DNA of 64,000 nt, from the NCBI RefSeq assembly GCF_038095605.1, contig NZ_CP144380.1. One strand, 5' to 3'. The translations under genes were made by a program, and so were the position numbers. The notes under the pieces were generated by a model. The model was not told the origin of the DNA. It saw nothing but the letters and a program-made list of their open reading frames with translations, and searched no databases. The DNA is from Gaopeijia maritima (GTDB taxonomy: Bacteria > Gemmatimonadota > Gemmatimonadetes > Longimicrobiales > Gaopeijiaceae). This document shows, piece after piece, positions 20,890 through 33,544 of the stretch. The number at the start of each line of letters is the position of its first letter. The stretch's first letter is position 1.

Positions 20890-21813
20890 CTACCCTCGAG
20901 CGGCCCGCTCCTGCGGCAGCAGCACGTGATACAGGAAGTGGTTGACGGGCGTGGGTACGCCCGCCTCCGCTCCGAGACGAACCACGGCGCCGTTCTGCGA
21001 TTCCAACTCCGACGGGCGACCCTCCATGATGTCGCGCTGCATCGACGCCAGAGCGCCCTCCCCCACGCTGTCGATGAACGCGAGCGTCTTCTCCACCCGC
21101 TCGTCCGCCACGGCGACTCCCCTGGCGCGGGCGATCGCGAGAATCTCGCGGAGGCACTGCTCGGCGATTCCGCGAGACCCCTGCAGCGAGCGCCAGACTC
21201 CCACGGGCGCCCGGGTGACCGCACCCACCCCGCTCCACGTGGCGATGAGCATGAACTTCTCCCAGAGCGCCACCTGGATGTCCGACGCGAGCTCGGCGAC
21301 GAAGCCCCCCTTCGAGAACGCTTCCAGAATCCCCAGAGCCCGTTCCGAGCGCCGGTCGTCCATCTCGCCGAAGACGATCGTGGGATCGATGGCGTCGTGC
21401 ACGATGTGCCCCGGGCTCTCCACCCGGGCCGCGATTCGGCACAATCCGCCCAGCACGTGCCGGTGCCCGAGCGCCTCGCCGAGCACGTCCACCGCCTCCA
21501 CCCCGTTCAGCAGCGGGATCACCGCGGTGTGCTCGGCCAGCAGGGGGCGAATCGCCTCCACCACCCCGGGCAGCTGCCAGTTCTTCACGGTCACGATCAC
21601 CGCATCGACCGCCCCGATCTCGCCGGTGTCGTCGGTGGCCTGGACCGCGGGAAGCGCGAAGTCTCCGTGCACGCTGTCCACACGGAGTCCCCCTTCGCGC
21701 AGGGCGGCGAGGTGGCGACCCCGCGCGACCAGCCACACGTCGTGTCCCGCCTGCGCGAGTCGCCCTCCGAAGTACCCGCCCACGCCACCTGCACCGACCA
21801 TCGCGATTCGCAT
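20890..21813 (-). CDS. panE: 2-dehydropantoate 2-reductase (ApbA/PanE family)
   Basis: N-terminal MRIAMVGAGGVGGYFG Rossmann motif plus the family's C-terminal domain. Confidence 0.75.
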   Translation of the reverse strand: MRIAMVGAGGVGGYFGGRLAQAGHDVWLVARGRHLAALREGGLRVDSVHGDFALPAVQATDDTGEIGAVDAVIVTVKNWQLPGVVEAIRPLLAEHTAVIPLLNGVEAVDVLGEALGHRHVLGGLCRIAARVESPGHIVHDAIDPTIVFGEMDDRRSERALGILEAFSKGGFVAELASDIQVALWEKFMLIATWSGVGAVTRAPVGVWRSLQGSRGIAEQCLREILAIARARGVAVADERVEKTLAFIDSVGEGALASMQRDIMEGRPSELESQNGAVVRLGAEAGVPTPVNHFLYHVLLPQERAARG

Positions 21814-21868
21814 GTCCTGCCCCATGATCTGAAGAGAGAGCCCGGGCTCGCGCCCGGACCGATGAACA

Positions 21869-23014
21869 TCAGGTGCTGCGCGCTCGTCCGCGCCAGGCCA
21901 CGTAGAGCACCAGCACCACCCCGGCCGTGAGGACCGGTGCGGGTGACCAGGGCGTGAGCAGGGTCAGCGCGACGGCCACCGGCCCGGGAGCGCGTGCGAG
22001 CGGCAACCCGTGGCCGCGGTCGCAGACCAGCCACAGCATCCCGATGTAGAGCGCCACCGGGATCGCCACCGACCAGGCCGGCACCAGTCCCGGAATCGGG
22101 TCGTGGGTCGCGACATCGATCATGATCGCGAGCCCCGCCCCCACCGCGGCCGCCGCCGCGTAGATGAAGTAGTGCGCGTACCCCCACACGAACGCCTGTC
22201 GCGTGGAGACGATCAAGTCGTGCACGGGTCGCTCGAAGTACAGCCACCACATCGCGTACAGGATCAGCAGGCCGCCCACCACCGTGGGCATGAGGCTCCA
22301 GACCTCGGCGGTTCCGACGATGGCTCCCATCGCGGTGGTCGCCGCCAGCACCGATTCTCCGAGCACGATGATCGTGAGCAGGCCGTAGCGCTCGGCGATG
22401 TGGTGGGGGTGCCAGGGAGTGGCACCCGCCGATTCCGCCCACGCGGGAACGGCCAGTTCCAGCGCGATCAGGGCGGCGAGGAGGGGCGTGCCGATCCAGG
22501 GGGGTGCGAAGAGCAGTCCCACCCAGCCGATCTGCACCAGGGCGACCCCGACGGCGTACCGCAGGGCCGTGGTTCGGCGCGCCGGGTCCGCCGTGGCCGC
22601 GCGGAACCACTGCACCACCAGCGCCAGCCGCATCATCACGTAGCCCGAAATCGCTACCGTGAAGTCGCCCGCCGCGAGTCCCGACACCCCCGAGGCGAAG
22701 ACGAGAGCCCCCGTCATCTGCACGAACACGAGCAGCCGATAGCGCGCGTCGTCGCAGTCGTAGGCGGAGGCGAACCAGGTGAAGTTCATCCACGCCCACC
22801 AGATGCCGAAGAAGGCGACGAGGTAGCCGTGAAGCGCCTCGAAGGCGTGGTTCTCGAGGACTCCATGGTGCAGATCCGCGGCGGCGATCGCGATCGCCAC
22901 CACGAAGACCAGATCGAAGAAGAGCTCGAGGGGAGTGGCGGCGCGCCCCGGCTCGTGCGGGTCGCGGGGGCGCATGCCGCCTGCGGGGGAGGAGGACGGC
23001 GATCCTGAAGTCAC
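21869..23014 (-). CDS. low temperature requirement A (LtrA) family membrane protein
   Basis: N-terminal LELFFDLVFV motif characteristic of LtrA; about 10 TM segments. Confidence 0.7.
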   Translation of the reverse strand: MTSGSPSSSPAGGMRPRDPHEPGRAATPLELFFDLVFVVAIAIAAADLHHGVLENHAFEALHGYLVAFFGIWWAWMNFTWFASAYDCDDARYRLLVFVQMTGALVFASGVSGLAAGDFTVAISGYVMMRLALVVQWFRAATADPARRTTALRYAVGVALVQIGWVGLLFAPPWIGTPLLAALIALELAVPAWAESAGATPWHPHHIAERYGLLTIIVLGESVLAATTAMGAIVGTAEVWSLMPTVVGGLLILYAMWWLYFERPVHDLIVSTRQAFVWGYAHYFIYAAAAAVGAGLAIMIDVATHDPIPGLVPAWSVAIPVALYIGMLWLVCDRGHGLPLARAPGPVAVALTLLTPWSPAPVLTAGVVLVLYVAWRGRARST

Positions 23015-23143
23015 GCGGGTTCTCCGGATTGCGGGGGGGGGGCGTGAAGGTGTCGGGCCGAGGGCCGGTCGGGGCGGGGCCGGTCGCCGGGCGCAACCTG
23101 AGACTCCCGCGCTCGCGCGACAACCGCGGGTGGCTTCCGCAGA

Positions 23144-23321
23144 GGAAACAACGTCGTACCGGAGCGCGACGAAGAAGGCGGACGCGACGAAGATGACCGT
23201 ATGCGGAATCTTCGTCGCAAGCGCGCGCGGGGGCAGACCATCGACGGCAACGTTCCGTACCGTATGCGGAATAAACGTTGCCTCGGCTCGCCGGAGCGTG
23301 CACGAGCGCGACGTTGTTTCC
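23144..23321. repeat. 178-bp intergenic element bounded by 13-bp terminal inverted repeats (GGAAACAACGTCG / CGACGTTGTTTCC) with two internal hairpins sharing the loop motif CCGTATGCGGAAT
   Basis: Hairpin 1: GCGACGAAGAT…ATCTTCGTCGC (23184-23218). Hairpin 2: GGCAACGTT…AACGTTGCC (23246-23282). Local GC is lower than the flanks. Confidence 0.6.
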
Positions 23322-23392
23322 GGTGGACACTGGCCGGATGATCCCGGGGCGCGCTCGGCCCGTCACGCCGGTCCGAGGGCACGCTCCGGTTC

Positions 23393-25474
23393 GTGCGGTC
23401 GGCCGGGCCGCCGCGTACCTTTCTGATCATGTGCGCCGCCTCTCGCCCCGCCGCCGAACCCCGCCCCGCCGCCGATCCACGGCCCGGCCCGGCCCCCGCA
23501 TTTGACGGCCCGCACTGCCTCCGGCCCCATCCCGCCGCCGGGCGGCGGCTTCGGGGCGCCCTCGCGGGAATTGCCGGCAGCGGGGGCGTCGTGATCGCCG
23601 CGGTCTGTGGGCCACCGCTGGCCGCGAGGCTCGCCGCGACGGTGGCCGCACCGCTGGCCGCGACGGTGGCCGCACCGCTCGCCGCGACGCTCGCCGCACC
23701 ACTCGCCGCCCAGGAAGCCGTGCAGCGCGACTCGGCCGCCGCGGTGGCCGACGCCCGCTCCGCCCAGTCGCGGTTCGAACGCGACCGGGTGCGGTACCTG
23801 CCGTACGACCGCTCCGGCTTCTCGGGCAGCAGCTGCGACGAGCGGGTGGGCCGCATGTGCCTCTGGCTCGAGGGGCGATCCGATTGGTGGTGGCCGGAGC
23901 GCGAGCCCCCCGACCTCGTGGCGGCCCGCGACGAACTGATCGACGCACTCTCGGCCGCCGCCCTCGACGCCCCCGGCGACCCGTGGGTGATCGGGCAGCT
24001 CGTGATCTACCTCGGCGAGGCCGGGCGGTGGGAGGAGGCGCGGGCGGCGGCCCGGCGGTGCGGGGTGGCCCCGATCCACGCCTGGTGGTGCGCCGCACTC
24101 GAAGGCACCGCGCTCCACCTGCTCGGCAACTACCCGGCGGCCGAGGGGGCCTTCGCCCGCGCCCTCGACGGCATGGACGCCACCGAGGCCTGGCGCTGGC
24201 GACAGCTGCGCGACCTGCTCGATGGGCCCGGTCGCGACGCCGAATCGAAGGCGCGCGAGCGCGACGACGGCGCGGCGGCCCAGCGCTTCTGGGCGCTGTC
24301 CGACCCGCTCTTTCTCGTGCCCGGCTCCGACCGCTGGACCGAGCACATGGCGCGCCGCACCTGGATCTACGCTCGCGAAGACGCCCGCAATCCCTACGCC
24401 ATGTCGTGGGGAGACGACCTGGAGGAGATCGTGCTCCGGTACGGGTGGGAGGTGGGGTGGGAGCGCAATCCGCCCCTGTCCGGCTCCTTCGGCGCGCGCT
24501 CTTCGGCGGTGGGCCACCAGGATCCGCGCAGTCAGGGGTTCGTGGCGCCCGCCGCGGCCTGGGACCCGAATGCCGACAGCGCTCCGGAGGCGTGGAACCC
24601 GGGCAGCCGACCCGCGCCCCGCACCGGCTACGCGCCCGCCTACGCGCCCACCTTTCTCGATCTCGCCACGGCGGTGGCGGTGCTCCCTCGCGGAGACTCG
24701 GCGGTGCTCGTGACGGCGTTCCCGGGCCTGCCCGCCGACACCACCTTTCACGCCGACCACACGCACCCGCCGGCCCCCGCGCACGCCGACTTCGGCACCG
24801 AGCGGCGACGGGGGCTGTTCGCCGCCTCGCTCGACGCGCGGGCCGGGGACGGGGACCCCTCCGGAGTCCCCCTGGATTCGCTGTTCGAGCGACACGCGCG
24901 GGTGGCCGCGGGCCTCGAGGGAGCGCTGGCGCTCGACGTACCCTCGGGTCGCTGGGTGGTATCGGCCGAGGTGTGGGACGCCGCCGAGGGGACGGCGGCA
25001 CGCATGCGACGCACGATCCGCATTCCGCGCGTGCCCCCCGATGTACTCACCCTCTCCGACCTGCTGCCCGCGCGCCCGATCGGTCCTGCGGTGGATGCGC
25101 TCGAGGCCCTGCTGCCGGGGCTGCTCGCCGAGATCCGGTACGCCCCGGGCGACACGATCCGGGTCGGCTGGGAGGTGAACGGGCTCGGGTGGACGGCCGA
25201 CGAGCCGCTCGACTACACCCTGTCGCTGCGCCAGGGGCGGGGCGGCTTCTTCGCGCGGCTCGGGCGCACGCTGGGGGTCGTGGACGATCCCCGGGGACTC
25301 CATCTGGAATGGAGCGAGGTGGGGCCGGCCGCGCCGGAGCCGCGGTTCCGCGTCGTGGATCTGGTCGTGCCCGCCGACTTCGAGGAGGGGGACTACCGAC
25401 TCACGCTGGAGTTGCGGACCGCAGGTCGGGCGACCGCCGTGTCGGAGCGTGCGGTCCGGGTGGGAGGGGGGTGA
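23393..25474 (+). CDS. hypothetical large secreted protein (693 aa) with N-terminal Ala-rich tandem repeats and a TPR-like region
   Basis: Longest ORF in the locus; N-terminal hydrophobic segment; no confident family assignment; start codon uncertain. Confidence 0.5.
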   Translation: MRSAGPPRTFLIMCAASRPAAEPRPAADPRPGPAPAFDGPHCLRPHPAAGRRLRGALAGIAGSGGVVIAAVCGPPLAARLAATVAAPLAATVAAPLAATLAAPLAAQEAVQRDSAAAVADARSAQSRFERDRVRYLPYDRSGFSGSSCDERVGRMCLWLEGRSDWWWPEREPPDLVAARDELIDALSAAALDAPGDPWVIGQLVIYLGEAGRWEEARAAARRCGVAPIHAWWCAALEGTALHLLGNYPAAEGAFARALDGMDATEAWRWRQLRDLLDGPGRDAESKARERDDGAAAQRFWALSDPLFLVPGSDRWTEHMARRTWIYAREDARNPYAMSWGDDLEEIVLRYGWEVGWERNPPLSGSFGARSSAVGHQDPRSQGFVAPAAAWDPNADSAPEAWNPGSRPAPRTGYAPAYAPTFLDLATAVAVLPRGDSAVLVTAFPGLPADTTFHADHTHPPAPAHADFGTERRRGLFAASLDARAGDGDPSGVPLDSLFERHARVAAGLEGALALDVPSGRWVVSAEVWDAAEGTAARMRRTIRIPRVPPDVLTLSDLLPARPIGPAVDALEALLPGLLAEIRYAPGDTIRVGWEVNGLGWTADEPLDYTLSLRQGRGGFFARLGRTLGVVDDPRGLHLEWSEVGPAAPEPRFRVVDLVVPADFEEGDYRLTLELRTAGRATAVSERAVRVGGG
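23611..23710 (+). repeat. in-frame 24-bp tandem repeat (about 4 copies) encoding PLAATVAA
   Basis: ccgctggccgcgacggtggccgca-type units repeated head-to-tail inside the CDS. Confidence 0.7.
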
Positions 25475-25608
25475 CGCCGCGGGGGCGGGACGTTGACGCT
25501 TTTCCGCACGGGGCGTAACTTTGCGGGCTGTCGCATTCGATGAAGCCGGGGGTGGTACGGCCGCCACTCCCTGCGTTTCCGGTTCCACGGGTCACACGTT
25601 CGATCTCC

Positions 25609-26571
25609 ATGGCAGACGAATCGGGTCACGGTCCGATGCTCATCCTCGGCGGTCGAGCCAATCGCCCCCTCGCGCGGGAAGTGGGGGAGATTCTCGGGCA
25701 CTCCGTGGACAGCGCGACCATCCGGGATTTCGCCGATCGCGAAATCTTCGTCCGGATCGACCGAAACGCGCGGGGACGCGACGTCTTCATCATCCAGCCG
25801 ACCTCCGCGCCGGCCGAGAACACGATGGAGCTGCTCCTGCTGATCGATGCGGCGCGCCGGGCCTCCGCGGCCCGCGTCACCGCCGTGGTGCCGTACTTCG
25901 GGTACGGTCGCCAGGACCGCAAGGACCAGCCCCGCGTGGCGATCGGCGCGAAATTGATGGCCAACATGCTGGTGGCCGCGGGAGCCGATCGGGTCGTTTC
26001 GATCGACTTCCACCAGCACCAGATCCAGGGGTTCTTCGACATTCCCGTCGATCACCTCTATGCCGCGCCGGTCTTCACCCGCTACTTCCGTGAGAAGGGC
26101 ATCGAAGATCTCGTGGTGGTCGCTCCCGATGTGGGCTCGGCCAAGATGGCCCGGGGCTACTCGAAGCGCCTCGGCGCGAGCTTCGCGATCATCGACAAGC
26201 GCCGTCCGGCCGCGAATGTGGCCGAGGTGCTCAACGTGGTCGGCGAGGTGGACGGCAAGAACTGTCTGCTTCCCGACGACATGGTCGACACCGGCGGCAC
26301 CCTGGTGAACGCGGTGAAGGCCCTCAAGGATCGCGGGGCGAAAGCCGTCTACGCCGCCGCGACCCACGCGCTGCTGTCGGGCCCGGCGGTCGAGCGCCTC
26401 TCGCAGGCCCCCCTCGAGGAGTTCGTGGTCACGAACACGATCCACATTCCCGAGGAGCGGCGGTTCGACAACCTGAAGGTGCTGTCGGTCGCCCCGCTGC
26501 TGGCCAACGCGATCCAGTACATCCACTCCAACGAGTCCGTCAGTCAGCTCTTCGAGCTCGGCGACGACTGA
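25609..26571 (+). CDS. prs: ribose-phosphate diphosphokinase
   Basis: Start at MADESGHGPMLILGG; PRPP-binding site DDMVDTGGTL and general Prs similarity along its length. Confidence 0.9.
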   Translation: MADESGHGPMLILGGRANRPLAREVGEILGHSVDSATIRDFADREIFVRIDRNARGRDVFIIQPTSAPAENTMELLLLIDAARRASAARVTAVVPYFGYGRQDRKDQPRVAIGAKLMANMLVAAGADRVVSIDFHQHQIQGFFDIPVDHLYAAPVFTRYFREKGIEDLVVVAPDVGSAKMARGYSKRLGASFAIIDKRRPAANVAEVLNVVGEVDGKNCLLPDDMVDTGGTLVNAVKALKDRGAKAVYAAATHALLSGPAVERLSQAPLEEFVVTNTIHIPEERRFDNLKVLSVAPLLANAIQYIHSNESVSQLFELGDD

Positions 26572-26611
26572 ACACCCTCCGACGCCCGGATCCACCCGGC
26601 AGGAACGAATC

Positions 26612-27274
26612 ATGAGCATGCACGCCACGCTGAAGGCCGACAAGCGCGACGCCACGGGGAAGGGCGTCGCCCGGAAGCTCCGGGCCGCCGGCCGTGTCCC
26701 CGCCGTCGTCTACGGCCAGGGCGAGGAAGCCCTCTCCATCACGCTCGACGCCGCAGAGACGCTGCACCTCTTCCACAACATCTCGGTCGAGAACACCATC
26801 GTCGACCTGACCGTGGAGGGTGAGGGCGAGTCGTTCCAGACGCTGGTTCGCGAGATCCAGATGCACCCGCACCGCCCGGATCTGGTGCACGTGGACTTCT
26901 ACCGCCTGCAGAAGGGCGTGAAGGTCGACGTGGAGATCCCGGTGCACCTCGTCGGCACGCCCGAGGGCGTGAAGTCGGGTGGCGGCGTGCTCCAGCAGGT
27001 GATCCACGAGCTGCCGGTGTCGGTGATTCCGTCGAAGATCCCCGACAGCTTCGAGGTCGACGTGTCGGCCCTTCAGGTGGGCGACTCGCTGCACGTTTCC
27101 GAGCTCACCCTTCCCGACGGCGTCGAGGAGATCGGTCTCGAGCCGGAGCGGACGATCTGCACCGTGGTCCTGCCGCGCGCTGCGGCGGCCGACGATGCCG
27201 AGGATGACGACGAGACGGCGGAGCCCGAGGTGATCGGCGCCGACGATTCGTCGAACGAGGGCGGCGAGGGGTAA
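26612..27274 (+). CDS. rplY: 50S ribosomal protein L25 / general stress protein Ctc
   Basis: L25 N-domain (LKADKRDATGKG…RKLR…GRVPAVVYG) with Ctc-type C-extension and acidic tail. Confidence 0.85.
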   Translation: MSMHATLKADKRDATGKGVARKLRAAGRVPAVVYGQGEEALSITLDAAETLHLFHNISVENTIVDLTVEGEGESFQTLVREIQMHPHRPDLVHVDFYRLQKGVKVDVEIPVHLVGTPEGVKSGGGVLQQVIHELPVSVIPSKIPDSFEVDVSALQVGDSLHVSELTLPDGVEEIGLEPERTICTVVLPRAAAADDAEDDDETAEPEVIGADDSSNEGGEG

Positions 27275-27292
27275 CCGGCCATCGCCGACGCG

Positions 27293-27850
27293 GTGGTGGT
27301 GGGGCTGGGCAACCCCGGCCCCCGGTACGATGCCACCCGACACAACGTCGGGTGGTGGGTGCTCGACCGGCTCGCCTATGACTGGGACTTCGGACCCTTC
27401 GAGAGTTCGGAGGACCACATGTCGACGCGGGGCCGGGTCGGCGAGCGCGGCGTGGAGCTGCGCAAGCCGACGCGGTACATGAACCGGAGCGGTACCGCGC
27501 TGTTCGATCTGCTGGCCGACGACGACTTCGACCCGCGGCGGGACCTGCTGGTGGTGGTCGACGACGCCGCGCTCGAGGTGGGGCGCATCCGCTTCCGTCC
27601 CAAGGGTGGGGCGGGGGGGCACAACGGTCTCCGTTCGATCGCCGAGGTGCTCGGCACGGACGAGTACGCGAGACTCCGGCTCGGGGTGGGACGTTGCCCC
27701 GACGACGTCGACCTCGCCGATTGGGTGCTGGCGCCGATGGCGCCCGATGACGAGGAGCACGTGGTGGACCTCCTCCCCGAGCTGACCGGGGCGGTGGAGC
27801 TGTGGCTGAACGAAGGGACCGAGGCGGCCATGAACCGCTTCAACCGATAA
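27293..27850 (+). CDS. pth: peptidyl-tRNA hydrolase
   Basis: VVGLGNPG…RHNVG…HNG motifs; the true start may be a GTG a few codons upstream. Confidence 0.9.
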   Translation: MVVGLGNPGPRYDATRHNVGWWVLDRLAYDWDFGPFESSEDHMSTRGRVGERGVELRKPTRYMNRSGTALFDLLADDDFDPRRDLLVVVDDAALEVGRIRFRPKGGAGGHNGLRSIAEVLGTDEYARLRLGVGRCPDDVDLADWVLAPMAPDDEEHVVDLLPELTGAVELWLNEGTEAAMNRFNR

Positions 27851-27929
27851 CCACGCCCCCTGGGCCTGGTGGACGCGGGGAGCAGCGGCTTCCCATGACA
27901 AGAACCGCACCGAGGAAACGAGTCATCTC

Positions 27930-30050
<2,121 letters not shown>

Positions 30051-30076
30051 GTTCGCTCGACACCCCTCGGGGTGAT

Positions 30077-30115
30077 GCGGCCCGGCGCCTCTACGGAGGT
30101 GCCGGGCCGTTTTTC
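30077..30115 (+). terminator. rho-independent terminator after hppA
   Basis: GC-rich stem CGGCCCGGCGCC…GGTGCCGGGCCG followed by TTTTT. Confidence 0.6.
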
Positions 30116-30160
30116 GTTACCTTTCGGCCGCCCGTACCACTCTCCCGCCCCCGGACCGCC

Positions 30161-31372
30161 ATGCCCGACCTGTCGTTCGACGCCGCCATCGCCTTCGCCC
30201 GCGACCTGATCCGGATTCCGTCGCCCCCCGGTGCGGAGGGGGCGGTGGCCGACCGGGTGCTCGCCGAGTTCGAGCGGCTGGGCTTCGACGAGGTGTCGCG
30301 CGACGCCGCAGGCAATGTGATCGGGCGGATCCGGGGGAGTGGAAAGGGCGCCACGGTGCTCCTCAACGCGCATCTCGACATCGTGGCCGAGGGCGATCCC
30401 GCCGAGTGGGAGCACCCGCCCTTCGAGGGGGTGCTGGCCGACGGTTTCCTCCACGGGCGGGGCGCGATGGACATCAAGGGGCCGCTGGCCCTCATGACCT
30501 ACGCGGCCGCCGTCACCGGGGGGCGGCTGCCGGGCGACGTGGTGGTGGCGCACACCGTGTTCGAGGAGCGGGGCGGGCTGGGCATGAAGCACCTGCTCGA
30601 GGCCGGCGAGGTGCGACCCGACGTGGTGATCATCGGCGAGTCCACGCACGGCGATCTGTGCATCGGCCACCGGGGTCGTGCAGAGGTGGAGGTGGTGCTT
30701 CGGGGGACCGCGGGTCACGCCAGCGCGCCCGAGCGGGCGCACAATGCGATCGACCTGCTGCCGCGGGTGCTCGAGGCGCTGGCCGAGGTGTCGGCCGATC
30801 AGCCCTCCGACGATCTGCTTGGGCCGGCGACGATGGCGGTGACCGGGATCGATGTGTCACCCGGCAGCCGCAACGTGATTCCCGACACCGTGGTGCTGGC
30901 GCTCGACTGGCGGGTGCTGCCGGGCACCACCTCCGACGACCTGGTCGCCCGGGTGCGCGACGCCCTCGACCGACGGCTGCCGATCCTGCCGGAGGGGCAT
31001 GCGGTCGAGGTGCGGATGGCGCTCGAGGAGCAGGTCACCTACACCGGTCTGGAGCACGACCGCAACCTGCTGACACCCGGCTTCCTCGTGGCGCCGGATC
31101 ACCCGATCGCGGTCGCCGGGGCGGCCGCGATCGGGCGTCGGGAGGGGGAGGGGGCCGCCGCCATCCGGCCCTGGACCTTCGCCACCGACGGCGGGTGGAG
31201 CTGCGGGGTGAACGGCATCCCCACCGTGGGGTTCGCCCCCGGCGAGGAGCGCCACGCGCACACCAACCGGGAGCGTCTCGATCTCGACGAGGCGCGGTGG
31301 GCCTACGGCCGCTACCCCGCGCTCATCGAGGCGGTCATGACTGCGGCGGGTTCGGCGCGCGGGTCGGCGTAG
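30161..31372 (+). CDS. M20-family metallopeptidase (ArgE/DapE/YgeY-like deacylase)
   Basis: Start at MPDLSF; metal-binding motifs (NAHLDIV, GAMDIKG, …GESTHGD…) of the M20 family. Confidence 0.7.
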   Translation: MPDLSFDAAIAFARDLIRIPSPPGAEGAVADRVLAEFERLGFDEVSRDAAGNVIGRIRGSGKGATVLLNAHLDIVAEGDPAEWEHPPFEGVLADGFLHGRGAMDIKGPLALMTYAAAVTGGRLPGDVVVAHTVFEERGGLGMKHLLEAGEVRPDVVIIGESTHGDLCIGHRGRAEVEVVLRGTAGHASAPERAHNAIDLLPRVLEALAEVSADQPSDDLLGPATMAVTGIDVSPGSRNVIPDTVVLALDWRVLPGTTSDDLVARVRDALDRRLPILPEGHAVEVRMALEEQVTYTGLEHDRNLLTPGFLVAPDHPIAVAGAAAIGRREGEGAAAIRPWTFATDGGWSCGVNGIPTVGFAPGEERHAHTNRERLDLDEARWAYGRYPALIEAVMTAAGSARGSA

Positions 31373-32666
31373 CCTCCGTCCGGCCCGACTGGAGCGCCTT
31401 CCGGTTCGCGGCGCGCAGCACCTCTTCGAGGTCCAGTCCGAGCGAGGCAGCCAGCGTCTCCACGGTGCCGAGGGCACCGCGCACCTTCTGGTTGGCCGCG
31501 TTGGCCACCCCGTCGCCATCGCCTCCGTCCATCACCACCAGGCGGTCGATCTCGGTGCCCTTCACCGCTTCGACGGCGGTCGTCAGCAGCTCGGGCAGCT
31601 TCTCGGCCAGGAAGACGGCGAAGGCCTGATCGCCGCCCTGCTGCACCTCGGCGTAGAGCCGCTTGAGCACCTCCACCTGCGCCTTTCCTCGCTCGAGGAT
31701 CGGGGCCGCTTCGGCTTCGGCCTCGGCCTTGCGCGCCTCGCGGTCGGCCAGGGCGGGCTCGATCACGTCGGCGCGGAGTCGCTCCTGCTCCCGCTCCACG
31801 CGCTTGCGCTCGAGTTCGCGCTGCGCCTCCACCTCGGCCTGCTCGGCCTTCACGCGGGCCGTGCGCTCGGCGATCTCACCCTCCTCGTCGAGCTGGGCCT
31901 GTCGCACCCGCAGCGTGTTCTGCGCCTCGGCCACGTTGACCGCCGTCTCGGCCTCGCGCACTTCGGCGCGCTTGCGGGCCTCGGCCTGGGCCTCGCGGGT
32001 GTCGGCCTCGGCGTTGGCCTCGGCGATCTCCGCCTCGCGCACCGCCTCGGCGGCCTTCTTCCGCCCGATGGCCTCGAGATAGCCCCGCTCGTCGCTCACG
32101 TTCTGAATCTTGAGCACGTCGAGGTGGAATCCCAGTGCCGCGAGATCCTCGCCCGCGTCCTCGGCCAGCGCCTTGGCGAAGCCGAGCCGGTCCTCGTTCA
32201 CCGCTTCGGGGGTGAGGGTGGCCAGCACGCCGCGCAGGTTACCCATGAGGGTGTCCTTGGCCATCGACTGAATCTCCACCTCGGTCTTTCCGAGCAGGCG
32301 CTCCACGGCGTTGTTGAAGGTGGTCTCGGGCTCGGAGGCGATCTTCACGTTCGCGATCGCCTCCACGTTCAGCGGAATGTTGCCCTTCGAGAAGGCGTTC
32401 TTCACCGAGATCTCGATCGGGAAGGTCTCGAGACTCACGTGCTGCACCGTCTCGACGATCGGAATGCGCAGGGTGCGCCCTCCGATCACCGAACGGTAGC
32501 CGATGCGCTGACCGCTCTGCAGCTGGCGGTTGCGACCGGTGATGACGGCGGCCCGGTTGGGCGGCACGATCACGATGAGGGCCTTCACGGTGGCCACCGC
32601 CACGAGGGCGACCACCAGGATGACCAGGGCGAGCACGGCCGCGCCGATCAGTGTCTCGGTTCCCAT
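31335..32666 (-). CDS. flotillin family (SPFH/band 7) protein, YqiK-like
   Basis: N-terminal TM, SPFH domain, and a long Ala/Glu-rich coiled-coil (EA repeats) typical of flotillins; start chosen at [11 protein letters not shown]. Confidence 0.8.
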   Translation of the reverse strand: MGTETLIGAAVLALVILVVALVAVATVKALIVIVPPNRAAVITGRNRQLQSGQRIGYRSVIGGRTLRIPIVETVQHVSLETFPIEISVKNAFSKGNIPLNVEAIANVKIASEPETTFNNAVERLLGKTEVEIQSMAKDTLMGNLRGVLATLTPEAVNEDRLGFAKALAEDAGEDLAALGFHLDVLKIQNVSDERGYLEAIGRKKAAEAVREAEIAEANAEADTREAQAEARKRAEVREAETAVNVAEAQNTLRVRQAQLDEEGEIAERTARVKAEQAEVEAQRELERKRVEREQERLRADVIEPALADREARKAEAEAEAAPILERGKAQVEVLKRLYAEVQQGGDQAFAVFLAEKLPELLTTAVEAVKGTEIDRLVVMDGGDGDGVANAANQKVRGALGTVETLAASLGLDLEEVLRAANRKALQSGRTEATPTRAPNPPQS

Positions 32667-32754
32667 AGCTTCACTCCAGAACGGTCGGTCGGTGCCGACG
32701 GGTGGGGGAGTTTCGTCGAATACGGCCCGCGGGGCCGCGGCCTTCATCGGTGGA

Positions 32755-33372
32755 TCAGTGCTCTCCGGAGCCCAGCGCGTCGAGCTCGTCGGCCGCGAGC
32801 GGTGCGACCCGCGCGACGCCGCCTTCCATGTCGACCACGATCACCCGGCTCCAGGCGGCGGGATCGCCCTCGGTGGTCGAGTGGGGGAGGGCCCGAAGCG
32901 CGAAGCGACGCCCGCCGCGTTCCACCATCACCGTGCCCGGCCGCACCTCGTCGATGGGGAGGGTGACCACCCCGTCGAGCCCGACCAGCGAGGAGTCCCC
33001 CTGGTGTTCTCCGGAGTCGGTCTTCACCAGGAAGTGGAAGACGAGACTCACGAGCAGTCCGGAGGCGATTCCGCCGACCACCGAGAAGGCCAGGGTGGTG
33101 ATCAGCCCGACGCCGAGCTGGGTGAGCACCGTGCCGGTCGCCCCGAAGCCGAAGAGGGCGTACACCACGGTGCGGATCGAGAAGATGCGGCTGGCGGCGT
33201 CGTCGGGCCCGCCGTCGAGATCGGCCACCCCGTCGAGGGCGTCGCCGTCCAGATCCAGATCGAGGTCGAGACCCCCGTCGAGATCGATGTCGCCCTCGCC
33301 GCCTCCGCCGAGCACGGAGAGAAGCAGGAAGCCGCCACCGATGATCAACGAGAACAGGTAGAGTGCGAGCAT
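32755..33372 (-). CDS. NfeD-like membrane protein (YqiJ-like partner of flotillin) with C-terminal OB-fold
   Basis: N-terminal TM helices, an unusual (G/D/L)-rich DLDLD linker, and a C-terminal beta-rich domain resembling the NfeD OB-fold; sits immediately upstream of the flotillin gene in the same orientation. Confidence 0.55.
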   Translation of the reverse strand: MLALYLFSLIIGGGFLLLSVLGGGGEGDIDLDGGLDLDLDLDGDALDGVADLDGGPDDAASRIFSIRTVVYALFGFGATGTVLTQLGVGLITTLAFSVVGGIASGLLVSLVFHFLVKTDSGEHQGDSSLVGLDGVVTLPIDEVRPGTVMVERGGRRFALRALPHSTTEGDPAAWSRVIVVDMEGGVARVAPLAADELDALGSGEH

Positions 33373-33544
33373 GCGACCCGGGGTGGTCGGGGAAGGGGAC
33401 CCCTGCAAGATACACCGGCGCATCGGCCGCCGCAGGGGCGGCGATTCCGATTGACCGGGTTCCGCGGCAGGACTACGTTTTCGGGCTGTCCGCGGCCCTC
33501 CGCGCCGCGATTCGTCCCGCTTCGGAATCGACAGGAACCAAGCC

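Noticed and set aside
27292-27293. Alternative upstream start for pth (GTG at 27287/27290)
   Set aside because: Cannot be discriminated without an alignment; the ATG at 27293 was kept as the conservative call.
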